Assembly (NCBI GenBank): GCA_948439405.1
Contig: CAOJNB010000008.1
Location: forward strand, 829 to 64,828
Length of the DNA: 64,000 bases
DNA from: an uncultured Coriobacteriaceae bacterium
Lineage (GTDB): Bacteria > Actinomycetota > Coriobacteriia > Coriobacteriales > Atopobiaceae
Reading direction: 5' to 3'
The position numbers were made by a program, and so were the translations under genes. How positions within the stretch are numbered: position 1 is the stretch's first letter; each line of letters opens with the position of its first letter. Under the pieces are notes generated by a model. It was given only the letters and a program-made list of their open reading frames with translations, was not told the DNA's origin and ran no database searches. Shown here piece by piece: positions 29,934 through 39,048 of the stretch.

Positions 29934-30858
29934 GATGACGCCGTGCGGCGCGATGTTCGAGGTCCTCAAGCGGCGCGGCGGCATGCCGAACCGGGAGGTG
30001 GCCGAGCTCCTGCTCTCCAACCGACCGCTCTCGGACGGGCGCAGCCCGCACAGCCGCATCACCGACCGCACCTGGGTGTCGCGCTTCGTCGTCCACGCCC
30101 CGATGGGCTCGCTGCAGGAGCGCTACTTCTGCGACTGGGGGCTCGGGGCCCGGCGCCTGTACGACCGCCTGCGCTCGACGCGGCGCCAGCTCACCTCCGA
30201 GCAGGTCGTCGAGCTCGTGCTCGACGAGCCCGAGCGCGTGATGGAGCAGGCCCTCGAGGCGCACCGGCAGGGCGCCACGCTCTACCGCAACGCCCTCGAG
30301 CGCCTCTCGCAGGCGCCCGGCAGCTCCGCCGGCGAGCGCGCCGAGGTTCTGCTCGTCCTGCTCGTCGCGGCCGGCTGCTCGGGCAGCGCCGCCCGCGCCG
30401 TCGCCTACGCCTCCGAGTACGCCTCCTCCGCCTTCGGGATGCGAGCCGCCACGCCCGCTCCCGCCGTCGTGGACCTCGGGACGCCGGCCGCCGAGGAGGC
30501 ACGCCCGCTCGGGCTCCTGCGCGTGCGCGACGGGCTCGTCGACGGCGACCCGAGCTGGGTCGACCCGACGAGCGACGGCGTCGAGGTGGGCGCGCTCGCG
30601 CTGGGCGAGGACGACGTCACCGAGGTCGGCGCGGACGTGTCCGGCAGGCACCTGCGCCTGCGCTGCGAGGACGGCCGCTGGCTCGCCTGCGACCTGGGGT
30701 CCTCGAACGGGACGGTCCTCGTGGGCGGCGCCGACGGCTCCGAGTCCCCGCTCGAGGCCGGTGAGGAGGTCGAGGTGCACCCCGGCGACGCGCTGCGCCT
30801 GGGCGCGTCGACGACCTTCGTCCTGCTCGAGGGGGTCCCGCGCGAGGCGAGCGCGTAG
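29920..30858 (+). CDS. FHA-domain protein (C-terminal FHA, unknown N-terminal domain)
   Basis: The C-terminus GRHLRLRCEDGRWLACDLGSSNGTVL...GD.LRLG is FHA-like. It overlaps the kinase 3' end. The start is ambiguous (29920, 29926 or 29935). Confidence 0.72.
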   Translation: MTVAEMTPCGAMFEVLKRRGGMPNREVAELLLSNRPLSDGRSPHSRITDRTWVSRFVVHAPMGSLQERYFCDWGLGARRLYDRLRSTRRQLTSEQVVELVLDEPERVMEQALEAHRQGATLYRNALERLSQAPGSSAGERAEVLLVLLVAAGCSGSAARAVAYASEYASSAFGMRAATPAPAVVDLGTPAAEEARPLGLLRVRDGLVDGDPSWVDPTSDGVEVGALALGEDDVTEVGADVSGRHLRLRCEDGRWLACDLGSSNGTVLVGGADGSESPLEAGEEVEVHPGDALRLGASTTFVLLEGVPREASA

Positions 30859-30896
30859 GAACTGCGGGTCCCGCGGGGTGCACGGGCCGCACAACG

Positions 30897-30950
30897 GTAC
30901 AAAGCTCGCCTCTTCTTGGCGTTTGCGCCAGGAAACCCCGTGCTTTGTAC
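30897..30950 (+). repeat. 54-bp hairpin repeat, copy 1 (degenerate left arm)
   Basis: GTACAAAGCTCGCCTCTTCTTGGC-GTTTGC-GCCAGGAAACCCCGTGCTTTGTAC. Same family as 44789..44842 and 44947..45000. Confidence 0.8.
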
Positions 30951-30999
30951 GCGCCTCCGGCACCCAGCCCCCGGGAGGCCTCCCCCGCCTGCGATCCCG

Positions 31000-31047
31000 A
31001 GGTGTCTTGTCACCTCTCTTGACAGCCGGGCGCGCCACGGCCATACT
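31000..31047 (+). promoter_or_regulatory. Putative nadA promoter (TTGACA-17-CATACT) with adjacent inverted repeat AGGTG-N6-CACCT (candidate NiaR operator)
   Basis: -35 TTGACA at 31019..31024, a 17-nt spacer and -10 CATACT at 31042..31047. AGGTGTCTTGTCACCT lies at 31000..31015 and niaR is the last gene of the operon. Confidence 0.5.
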
Positions 31048-31114
31048 CCATGCCCGTTCGCGCGACGCGACCCGCAGGGCTGCCGCCGCACCGCCCCACA
31101 GCATGGGAGGCCGC

Positions 31115-32044
31115 ATGCCCGCATCCGTCCCGACGACCGCCGAGCTGCTCCGCGAGGTCGAACGCCTCAAGCGCGAGCGCGACGCCGTCGTCCTCGCCCA
31201 CTACTACGCACCGCCCGAGGTCCAGGACGCCGCCGACCACGTGGGCGACTCCCTCGCCCTCGCGCGCCTCGCCGTCGGCCTGCCCCAGCGGGTCGTCGCG
31301 GTGTGCGGCGTCTCGTTCATGGGCGAGAGCGTCAAGCTCCTCAACCCAGACAAGACGGTGCTCCTGCCCGAGCCGGCGGCGGACTGCCCGATGGCCCACA
31401 TGGTCGAGCGCGCCGACGTCGAGCGGGCGCGCGCGGAGCACGAGGACCTCGCCGTCGTGTGCTACGTCAACACCACAGCCGAGGTGAAGGCCTGGAGCGA
31501 CGTGTGCGTGACCTCATCGAACGCGGTCGAGGTCTGTGCCTCGCTGCCCCAGCGCGAGATCCTGTTCGTCCCCGACGCCAACCTGGGCCGCCACGTGGCC
31601 GCCCAGCTGCCGGACAAGCACGTCATCCTGCACGACGGGTGCTGCCCGCACCATCAGGGCATCGACCCGCGGGAGGTGGCCGAGCTCAGGGCCGCCCATC
31701 CCCAGGCTCCCGTCGCCGCCCACCCCGAGTGCCCGCCCGAGGTTCTCGAGCAAGCCGACTACGTGGGGTCGACGAAGGGCATCGTCGCCTTCGCGGAGGA
31801 GGTGGCCGGCCCCGAGCTCGTCGTCCTCACCGTCGAGGGCGTCGCGCACGAGATCGCCCGCAGGAGGCCGGACCTGCGCGTCCTGTTCCCGCGCACCACC
31901 CCGCGCTGCCCGGGCATGGACTCCGTCACCCTCGAGCGCCTCGTCGCCGCCCTGCGCGGCGAGGTCCCCGAGGTCGCCCTCCCCGCATGCGCCGAGCGGG
32001 CCCGCGCCGCCCTCGACGCGATGCTCGAGCGCGCAGGGAGGTGA
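31115..32044 (+). CDS. nadA: Quinolinate synthase
   Basis: AHYYAPPEVQDAADHVGDSL, CPMAHM and other family blocks. ATG at 31115 with GGGAGG 4 nt upstream. Confidence 0.92.
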   Translation: MPASVPTTAELLREVERLKRERDAVVLAHYYAPPEVQDAADHVGDSLALARLAVGLPQRVVAVCGVSFMGESVKLLNPDKTVLLPEPAADCPMAHMVERADVERARAEHEDLAVVCYVNTTAEVKAWSDVCVTSSNAVEVCASLPQREILFVPDANLGRHVAAQLPDKHVILHDGCCPHHQGIDPREVAELRAAHPQAPVAAHPECPPEVLEQADYVGSTKGIVAFAEEVAGPELVVLTVEGVAHEIARRRPDLRVLFPRTTPRCPGMDSVTLERLVAALRGEVPEVALPACAERARAALDAMLERAGR

Positions 32045-33288
32045 GCGGCGTGGGTGCCTCGGAGGAGACGCGCTGCGACGTCGCGATCGTCGGCTGCGGC
32101 GTCGCCGGGCTCTACGCCGCGCTGAACCTCCCCCGCACCATGGGGGTCGTCATGCTCTCGAAGGGCCCGCTCGAGCAGTGCGACTCCATGCTCGCCCAGG
32201 GCGGCATCTGCATGCAGGCCGACGACGCGGACTACGCGCCCTACCTCGAGGACACCCTGCGCGCGGGCCACCGCGAGAACCGCGTCGAGAGCGTCGACGC
32301 GATGATCCGCTCGAGCCGCCGCACCATCCGCGACCTCGTCTCGCTCGGCGTCGAGTTCGAGCGCGAGCCGGACGGCTCGCTCGCCTTCACGCGCGAGGGC
32401 GCCCACTCGCGCCCGCGCATCTGCTACCACGCCGACACGACGGGGCGCGAGATCACGACCCGGCTGCTCGCGCACGTGCGCGCCCTGCCCAACGTGACCG
32501 TCGTCGAGAACGCGGAGATGGTCGACCTGCTCTGCGAGCCGGGCGAGGCGGGCGAGCGCTGCGTCGGCGTCGTCGCGGTGCGACCGGACGGCTCTGAGCT
32601 CGAGCTGCACGCGGGCGCGACCCTGCTCGCGACCGGCGGCGTGGGCGGGCTCTACGAGCGCTCCACCAACTGGCCGCTGCTCACCGGCGACGGCTGCCGC
32701 GTCGCTGCGGCGCACGGGGCGGAGCTCGAGCACATGGACTACGTGCAGGTCCATCCCACCACGCTGTGGACGGGGGAGCCCGGGCGCGCCCTGCTCGTCT
32801 CGGAGTCCTGCCGCGGCGAAGGGGCCGTGCTGCTCGACGCGCGTGGCGAGCGCTTCTGCGACGAGCTCCAGCCCCGCGACGTGGTGACGGCCACGATCAG
32901 GCGGCAGATGGAGCTCGACGGCGCCGACCACGTCATGCTCTCCTTCGCCGGCGTGGACCCCGAGGTCGTGGTGCGGCACTTCCCCACCGTCCGGCAGGTG
33001 TGCCTGGACGCCGGCTACGACGTCCTGCGCGAGCCCATCCCCGTCGTGCCCGCCCAGCACTACCTCATGGGCGGCATCCGGGTGGACCTCGACTCCGCCA
33101 CGACGCTGCCGGGGCTGTGGGCCGCCGGCGAATGCAGCTGCAACGGCGTGCACGGCAGGAACCGCCTCGCGAGCAACAGCCTGCTCGAGTCGCTGGTGTT
33201 CGCCAGGCGGGCGGCGTATACCATCTCCTGCGGGGGGAGCCTCGAGCCCGACGGCTCCCTGCCGCGCGAACGCGAGGAGGCGCGATGA
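32041..33288 (+). CDS. nadB: L-aspartate oxidase (short form, 415 aa)
   Basis: FAD fold DVAIVGCGVAGLYAAL, AQGGI, RLASNSLLESLVFARRAA. GTG start overlaps the nadA stop (GTGA). Confidence 0.9.
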   Translation: MSGVGASEETRCDVAIVGCGVAGLYAALNLPRTMGVVMLSKGPLEQCDSMLAQGGICMQADDADYAPYLEDTLRAGHRENRVESVDAMIRSSRRTIRDLVSLGVEFEREPDGSLAFTREGAHSRPRICYHADTTGREITTRLLAHVRALPNVTVVENAEMVDLLCEPGEAGERCVGVVAVRPDGSELELHAGATLLATGGVGGLYERSTNWPLLTGDGCRVAAAHGAELEHMDYVQVHPTTLWTGEPGRALLVSESCRGEGAVLLDARGERFCDELQPRDVVTATIRRQMELDGADHVMLSFAGVDPEVVVRHFPTVRQVCLDAGYDVLREPIPVVPAQHYLMGGIRVDLDSATTLPGLWAAGECSCNGVHGRNRLASNSLLESLVFARRAAYTISCGGSLEPDGSLPREREEAR

Positions 33289-34154
33289 ACCCCGTCACGA
33301 TGCGACTGAGTGTGGACCCCATCATCCTGCGGGCCCTCGAGGAGGACGTCCCCGCCGGCGACGTCACCACCGAGGCCGTCATGCCCGAGCCCCGGCGCGC
33401 CGAGGTGCGCCTCGTCGCCAAGCAGGACGGCGTCATCTGCGGGCTCGACGTGTTCGCCCGCACCTTCGAGCTGCTCGACCCGACGAGCGAGGTGCGCGCG
33501 GCCGTCGCCGACGGCGACGAGGTCGCCGCGGGCCAGGAGCTCGCCGTGGTCGCGGGCGACGTGCGCGCCCTGCTCTCCGGCGAGCGCGTGGCGCTCAACC
33601 TGCTGCAGCGCATGAGCGGCGTCGCCACGACCGCCCGCGCCTTCGCCCGCGCCGTCGAGGGGACGGGCGCCGCGCTCGTGGACACCCGCAAGACGACCCC
33701 GGGGCTGCGCGTCCTCGAGAAGCATGCCGTGCGGGTGGGCGGCGGTCGCAACCACCGCGACAACCTCTCCGACGGCGTCCTGCTCAAGGACAACCACATC
33801 GACGCCGCCGGCGGCGTGCGCCAGGCCGTCGAGGCGGCGCGGGCGCGGGCGTCGTTCGTGCGCAAGGTCGAGGTGGAGGTCGAGACGCTCGACATGGTGC
33901 GCGAGGCCCTCGAGGCCGGCGCCGACGTCATCATGCTCGACAACATGGGCCTCGACGAGATGCGGGAGGCCGTGCGTCTGATCGCGGGACGCGCCGAGGT
34001 CGAGGCCTCGGGCAACGTGACGCTCGACACCGTGCGCGCCGTCGCGGAGACGGGCGTCGACCTCGTCTCCTCGGGCGCCCTCACCCACTCGGCGCCCATC
34101 CTCGACCTCTCGCTCAAGCACCTGCGCCTTCTGGACGAGGACGGCGCCGCGTGA
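33285..34154 (+). CDS. nadC: Nicotinate-nucleotide diphosphorylase (carboxylating)
   Basis: ALEEDVPAGDVTT, ERVALNLLQRMSGVAT, RKTTPGLR, DNHI. ATGA overlap with nadB. Confidence 0.92.
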   Translation: MNPVTMRLSVDPIILRALEEDVPAGDVTTEAVMPEPRRAEVRLVAKQDGVICGLDVFARTFELLDPTSEVRAAVADGDEVAAGQELAVVAGDVRALLSGERVALNLLQRMSGVATTARAFARAVEGTGAALVDTRKTTPGLRVLEKHAVRVGGGRNHRDNLSDGVLLKDNHIDAAGGVRQAVEAARARASFVRKVEVEVETLDMVREALEAGADVIMLDNMGLDEMREAVRLIAGRAEVEASGNVTLDTVRAVAETGVDLVSSGALTHSAPILDLSLKHLRLLDEDGAA

Positions 34155-34684
34155 GCGGCGAGGAGCGCCGCGAGGCGATGCTGCGCCTGCTCGCGCAGGC
34201 CGATGCCCCCCTCTCGGGCGAGCGGCTCGGGCGCGAGCTCGGCGTGAGCCGCCAGGTCATCGTCCAGGACGTCGCCCTGCTGCGCAGCCGCGGCGCGGAG
34301 GTGCTCTCCACCCCGCGCGGCTACCGGCTCGCCGAGCGCCGGCCCGAGCGCACCCTCAAGGTCCGCCACACCCCCGAGCGCACCCGCGAGGAGCTCACCT
34401 GCCTCGTGGACCTCGGCTGCCGCGTGGAGGACGTCACCGTCAACCACCGCGTCTACGGGCGCATCACCGCGCCGCTCGGCCTCGCGAGCCGCCGCGACGT
34501 GGACCGCTTCATCGGCGAGCTCGAGAGCGGGGCGTCCTCCCTGCTGATGACGGTGACCTCCGGCTACCACTTCCACCGCGTATCCGCGGACGACGCGGCC
34601 GCGCTGGACGAGGCCGAGGCCGCGCTCGAGCGTCTGGGCATGCTCGCCGAGCGCCTCCCCTACGAGCGGGACTTGGAGGCCTAG
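34151..34684 (+). CDS. niaR: NiaR (YrxA)-type transcriptional repressor of NAD biosynthesis (HTH + 3H domain)
   Basis: N-terminal HTH (LSGERLGRELGVSRQVIVQDVALLRSRG) and C-terminal 3H-like His positions (NHRVYG...GYHFH). GTGA overlap with nadC. Confidence 0.82.
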   Translation: MSGEERREAMLRLLAQADAPLSGERLGRELGVSRQVIVQDVALLRSRGAEVLSTPRGYRLAERRPERTLKVRHTPERTREELTCLVDLGCRVEDVTVNHRVYGRITAPLGLASRRDVDRFIGELESGASSLLMTVTSGYHFHRVSADDAAALDEAEAALERLGMLAERLPYERDLEA

Positions 34685-34711
34685 GGCCAGCCGGCGGCGA
34701 CGCCCGCCCCC

Positions 34712-37700
34712 CTACTCGACACTCTTGAGCGCGCCGATCATGTCGATGCGGTCGAGCACCCGGTTCGTGATCAGGTTCACCGCGAGGCAGAACAGCATCG
34801 GCACGACAGCGGAGATCACCCAGCTCACGGGCTCAATCGTCGTGAGGAAGCTGATCTGGGGCATCTTGAGCGACTGCAGCAGCACGTCGCCGAGCAGCCA
34901 GCCGCACGGCAGGCCGACGACAATGCCGATGCCGGTGAGGATGAGCGTCTCCTTGTTCACGTAGTGGTGCACCTCGCGCGGGCGGAAGCCGAGCACCTTG
35001 ATCGTCGCGAGCTCGCGCTCGCGCTCGGAGATGTTCGTCGTCGAGAGCGCGAACAGCACGGCGAAGGCGAGGGCGGCCGCCATCGCGATGAGGATGACGA
35101 CGACGCCGTTGATGATCGCGAGCGAGTTCTCGAAGTCGCCGGAGATGACGCCCGTCACCGTGACGGAGAGCATCCTGCCGTCGGCGGAGAGCTCGTCGCC
35201 GACCTCATCGGCGTCGCCCGCGGCGTCGTCGGCGACGTTGAGCAGGACGGCGTTGTCCTCGCAGGGCTTGCCGAACGCCCGCTCGTAGGCGGACTCCGTC
35301 ATGAAGGCGTAGTTGCCCAGGAAGTTCCTCGATACGCACGTCACCTCGAGCTCGGCCACGTCGAGCGTGGCGTCGCGCAGCGTCACCCCGTCCCCGGCGT
35401 CGAAGCCGAGCACCTCCGCGGCGTTCTGCGTCACCACGACCCCCTCCTCGGGGAGCCCGACCTCCTCCTGCGTCTCGCAGTCGGCGACCGTCAGGTAGGG
35501 CGAGAGGTCGGCGTCGTCGGCGACGACCAGCAGGTTGAGGCTCTCCTCGCCCCCGTCGTAGCCGAGCGTCACCTGGTCCACCCGGAGCGCCTCGAGCTCG
35601 GACACCCGCTCGTCGGCCCCGAGGCCGGCGACGACGTCGGCGAGGTCCTCCTCGGAGGTCACCGCCATGACGTCGTAGCGCGAGACGAGCCCGTACTGCT
35701 CGGGCACGAGGCGCGCCACCGAGTCGCGGATGACGAAGCCGCACACGATCAGGGCGGTGCAGCCCAGGATGCCGCCGACGGTCATCAGGAAGCGCTGCTT
35801 GTAGCGGAAGAGGTTGCGCGCCGTGACCTTGTTGAGGAAGGAGAGGCGCCGCCAGACGGGCCCCACGCGCTCGAGCAGGATGCGCGAGCCGCTCCGGGGC
35901 GCCTTCGGACGCATGAGCGAGGCCGGCGTCTCGCGGACCTCGCCGTGGCAGGCGACCGCCGCCGTGCCGACGATCGCGACGAGGAACACCATGACCCCCA
36001 GCGCCGCGAAGGCCGGGTCGTAGATCAGCGGGTAGCTCGGCAGCACGTACATGATCGAGAAGATGGAGAACAGGAAGAGTGGCAGCGCCACGTAGCCGAT
36101 CAGGACGCCGAGCAGCGAGCCCGCCGCGCAGGCGGCGAGCGCGTAGGCGACGTACTTGACGTAGATCTCGCCGGAGCGGTAGCCGAGCGCCTTGTAGGTA
36201 CCGATGAGCGGGCGCTCCTCCTCCACCATGCGCGTCACCGTCGTGAGGGCGACGAGGGCGGCGACGACGAGGAAGACGGCGGGGAACAGCGTGCCGATCG
36301 CCTCGATGGAGTCCGCGTCGCTCTCGATGGCCGAGTAGGAGGCCAGAGACGAGCGCTCCTGCACGTACCAGCTCGCCTCGTCGATCGCGTCGATCTCCTC
36401 CTGGGCGTCGGCGAGCTCCGCCTCCGCCTCGGCGAATCCCTCCTCGGCCTCCGCCCGGGAGGACTCGAGCTCCGCCACGCCGTCCTCGTACTCCGCGATG
36501 CCGAGGTCGAGCTCGTCCTGGGCGGCGGCGAGCTGGGCGCGCGCGTCGGCGAGCCGGGCGCGCGCGGCGTCCACCTGCGCCTGGGCGTCGGAGAGCGTGC
36601 CGGGCATGCCCGCGAGCGCGCCCTCGAGGGTCGAGAGCTGGGAGGCGAGCCCCTCGCGCGTCGAGGAGAGCTCCGCGCGCGCGTCGCGCAGCTCCACGAG
36701 CCGGGAGCGCGTGTCGCGGAGCTGCACGAGCTGCGAGCGCGAGTCGCGCAGGCCCTCGAGCGTCCCGAGCTGGCGCTCGAGCTCGGCGCGCTGGGACTGG
36801 AGCTGGGCCAGGGCGCCGATCTGCTCCGAGAGCTCGGCCCACGTCGCGTGGGAGGGGTCGTCCTGCGCCGGCTCGCCGTCGGGGAACTCCTCGTCGCGGC
36901 GCGCCTCGAGCGCCAGGAGCTCGCCCGCGAGGTCGGGGTGCTCGGCGTCGATCGCGCCCGCGGCCTGCTCGAGGGAGGAGATCGCCGCGTCGAGGTCGCC
37001 CCCGGGCACGAGCTGGGCCACCTGCTGGTCGATCGCCTCGATCGCGGCGTCGAGGTCGCCGCCGGGCACGAGCTGGGCCACCTGCTGGTCGATCGCCTCG
37101 ATCGCGGCGTCGAGGTCGCCGCCGGGGACCTGCTCGGCGACGCCGGCGTCGATCGCGGCGATGCCGGCGTCCACCTGGGAGATCCCGTCCTCGAGCTCGC
37201 CGCGCGCCGCGACGAGCTCGCCGTAGGCGTCCCAGCCCTCGTCGACCTCGCGCTGGCCGTCGGCGAGCTCGGCCTCGCCGGAGCGGACCTCCGCCCAGCC
37301 GTCGTCGATCTCGGCCTGGCCGGAGGCGATCTCCTCGGCGGCGGCGCGCAGCTGCTCGGCCGCGTCGGCCAGCTGGGCCTCCACGTCGGCGCGCTCGGCC
37401 TCGTAGTCCGCCCGGGCCTCGTCGAGCTCCGCCTGCGCCTCGCCGACGACCTCCTGCGTCCGGGCTCGCTCGCGCGCCTCGCGGATGTCGTCCTCGATGA
37501 CGTCGACGACGCGGTCGACGCGCCCGACGTAGGCGTCCGAGTAGCAGGCCAGCTCCTCGGCCCCCTCGACGCGCAGGTAGACGACGGTGTAGACGTCGCC
37601 CGTGACGGCGTCGGGCGAGACGGTGAAGGTGTAGTCGGTGCCGGAGGTCGAGCGGAAGCTCAGCATCGGGTTGTTCACGTCCATCGCGTCGATCACGACG

Positions 37701-38221
37701 CCGACGACCTCGTACGGGACGCGGGCGAAGACCTCGTCCTCCTCGCTGTCCGCGGGCTCGAGCTCGACCACGTCGCCGACCTCGAGGCCGGAGTCCTCGA
37801 GGAAGGTCTCGCTCACCGCGACCTCACCGGCGGCCCCCGGCAGGCGCCCCTCGACGAGGTAGGGGTCGTTCATGCCCTCGGGCGAGAGCGCGCGCACCTC
37901 CACGGAGGCGAGCTCGCCGTCGACGGGCGTGTAGGTCGTCTCGGAGTAGCCGCCGCAGGCGGCCTCGACGCCCTCGACCCCGGCGAGCGCGGCCACGTCG
38001 TCGTCGGTGAGGCCGAGCGTCGAGAGCACCTGGACGTCGCTGAGGTTCTGCTCGTCGAAGTAGCCGTCGGCCGCGGCGCGCAGGTCCTCGCAGCCCGCCC
38101 GCAGGCCGCAGAACATCGCGACGCCGAGGGCGCAGATCACGGCGATCGAGACGAAGCGCTTCAGGTTGCCACGGATGGTGCGCAGGATGTCCTTTATGTA
38201 GGCCGACCGCACGACGGCCAC
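34712..38221 (-). CDS. Large (1169 aa) double FtsX-domain ABC transporter permease (MacB-like) with very long coiled-coil extracytoplasmic insertion
   Basis: Two FtsX-type 4-TM modules (e.g. ERELATIKVLGFRPREV). The first extracytoplasmic domain holds about 350 aa of heptad-like Ala/Glu/Asp/Leu sequence with tandem repeats. It is adjacent to a MacB-type ATPase. Confidence 0.85.
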   Translation of the reverse strand: MAVVRSAYIKDILRTIRGNLKRFVSIAVICALGVAMFCGLRAGCEDLRAAADGYFDEQNLSDVQVLSTLGLTDDDVAALAGVEGVEAACGGYSETTYTPVDGELASVEVRALSPEGMNDPYLVEGRLPGAAGEVAVSETFLEDSGLEVGDVVELEPADSEEDEVFARVPYEVVGVVIDAMDVNNPMLSFRSTSGTDYTFTVSPDAVTGDVYTVVYLRVEGAEELACYSDAYVGRVDRVVDVIEDDIREARERARTQEVVGEAQAELDEARADYEAERADVEAQLADAAEQLRAAAEEIASGQAEIDDGWAEVRSGEAELADGQREVDEGWDAYGELVAARGELEDGISQVDAGIAAIDAGVAEQVPGGDLDAAIEAIDQQVAQLVPGGDLDAAIEAIDQQVAQLVPGGDLDAAISSLEQAAGAIDAEHPDLAGELLALEARRDEEFPDGEPAQDDPSHATWAELSEQIGALAQLQSQRAELERQLGTLEGLRDSRSQLVQLRDTRSRLVELRDARAELSSTREGLASQLSTLEGALAGMPGTLSDAQAQVDAARARLADARAQLAAAQDELDLGIAEYEDGVAELESSRAEAEEGFAEAEAELADAQEEIDAIDEASWYVQERSSLASYSAIESDADSIEAIGTLFPAVFLVVAALVALTTVTRMVEEERPLIGTYKALGYRSGEIYVKYVAYALAACAAGSLLGVLIGYVALPLFLFSIFSIMYVLPSYPLIYDPAFAALGVMVFLVAIVGTAAVACHGEVRETPASLMRPKAPRSGSRILLERVGPVWRRLSFLNKVTARNLFRYKQRFLMTVGGILGCTALIVCGFVIRDSVARLVPEQYGLVSRYDVMAVTSEEDLADVVAGLGADERVSELEALRVDQVTLGYDGGEESLNLLVVADDADLSPYLTVADCETQEEVGLPEEGVVVTQNAAEVLGFDAGDGVTLRDATLDVAELEVTCVSRNFLGNYAFMTESAYERAFGKPCEDNAVLLNVADDAAGDADEVGDELSADGRMLSVTVTGVISGDFENSLAIINGVVVILIAMAAALAFAVLFALSTTNISERERELATIKVLGFRPREVHHYVNKETLILTGIGIVVGLPCGWLLGDVLLQSLKMPQISFLTTIEPVSWVISAVVPMLFCLAVNLITNRVLDRIDMIGALKSVE
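36989..37128 (-). repeat. In-frame 60-bp tandem repeat (2.3 copies, 1 mismatch) inside the permease coiled-coil region
   Basis: Units start at 36989, 37049 and 37109. They encode repeated VPGGDLDAAIEAIDQQVAQL. Confidence 0.9.
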
Positions 38222-38923
38222 CTACCACTCGATGCTCTCGATGGGCGTGGGGTCCGGGTTCACGCTCGTCTCGGTGACGCGCCCGTTCTTGAAGCGGATG
38301 AGGCGGTCAGCCATGGGCGCGAGCGCCGCGTTGTGGGTGATGACCAGCACCGTGATGCCGTCGGCGCGGCAGGTGTCCTGCAGCAGCGTGAGGACCTCCT
38401 TGCCGGTCGCGTAGTCGAGCGCGCCGGTGGGCTCGTCGCACAGCAGCAGCTTCGGGTTCTTGGCGATCGCGCGCGCGATCGCGACGCGCTGCTGCTCGCC
38501 GCCGGAGAGCTGCGCCGGGAAGTTGTTCAGGCGCTCGGCGAGCCCCACCTTCGCGAGCGTCTCCGCCGCGTCGAGGGAGTCCGGGCAGATCTGGGCGGCG
38601 AGCTCGACGTTCTCGAGGGCCGTGAGGTTGGGCACGAGATTGTAGAACTGGAAGACGAACCCGATGTCGGCGCGCCGGTACTCCACGAGCTCGGCCTTCG
38701 ACGCCCGGGCGATGTCGCGGCCGTCCACGACGACCCTGCCCGAGGTGGCGGTGTCCATGCCGCCGAGGATGTTGAGGGCGGTCGTCTTGCCGGCGCCCGA
38801 CGCCCCCAGGATCACGGCGAGCTCGCCGCGCTCGACGGAGAAGCTCGCGCCGTCGAGGGCGCGCACTTCGCCGGTACCCTCCCCGTAGCGCTTCACCACG
38901 TCGTCGAACTCGATGTAGGCCAT
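38222..38923 (-). CDS. ABC transporter ATP-binding protein (MacB/LolD-type)
   Basis: [35 protein letters not shown]. Its stop abuts the permease start. Confidence 0.92.
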   Translation of the reverse strand: MAYIEFDDVVKRYGEGTGEVRALDGASFSVERGELAVILGASGAGKTTALNILGGMDTATSGRVVVDGRDIARASKAELVEYRRADIGFVFQFYNLVPNLTALENVELAAQICPDSLDAAETLAKVGLAERLNNFPAQLSGGEQQRVAIARAIAKNPKLLLCDEPTGALDYATGKEVLTLLQDTCRADGITVLVITHNAALAPMADRLIRFKNGRVTETSVNPDPTPIESIEW

Positions 38924-39048
38924 GCGTACCCCTTCGCGCCGGCGGCGGACGCCGGCGTCGCCCCCATTTGACTCAGTTTATCCAAGCGCGGGGTGCCCGG
39001 CGGGGGTGCGGGTCCCGGGCGGACGGCCGCGCCGGGTGCGCGGCGCCA

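Noticed and set aside
36989-37128. Possible CRISPR-like or minisatellite array (regularly spaced 60-bp repeats)
   Set aside because: The units are directly adjacent with no spacers, are in frame within a coding region, and encode a repeated peptide. No cas genes are present.
34964-38971. 1335-aa plus-strand ORF antisense to the FtsX permease and its ATPase
   Set aside because: Same shadow-ORF composition (R/G/D/E/L/V runs that mirror the opposite-strand codons). The minus-strand frame carries FtsX and Walker motifs.
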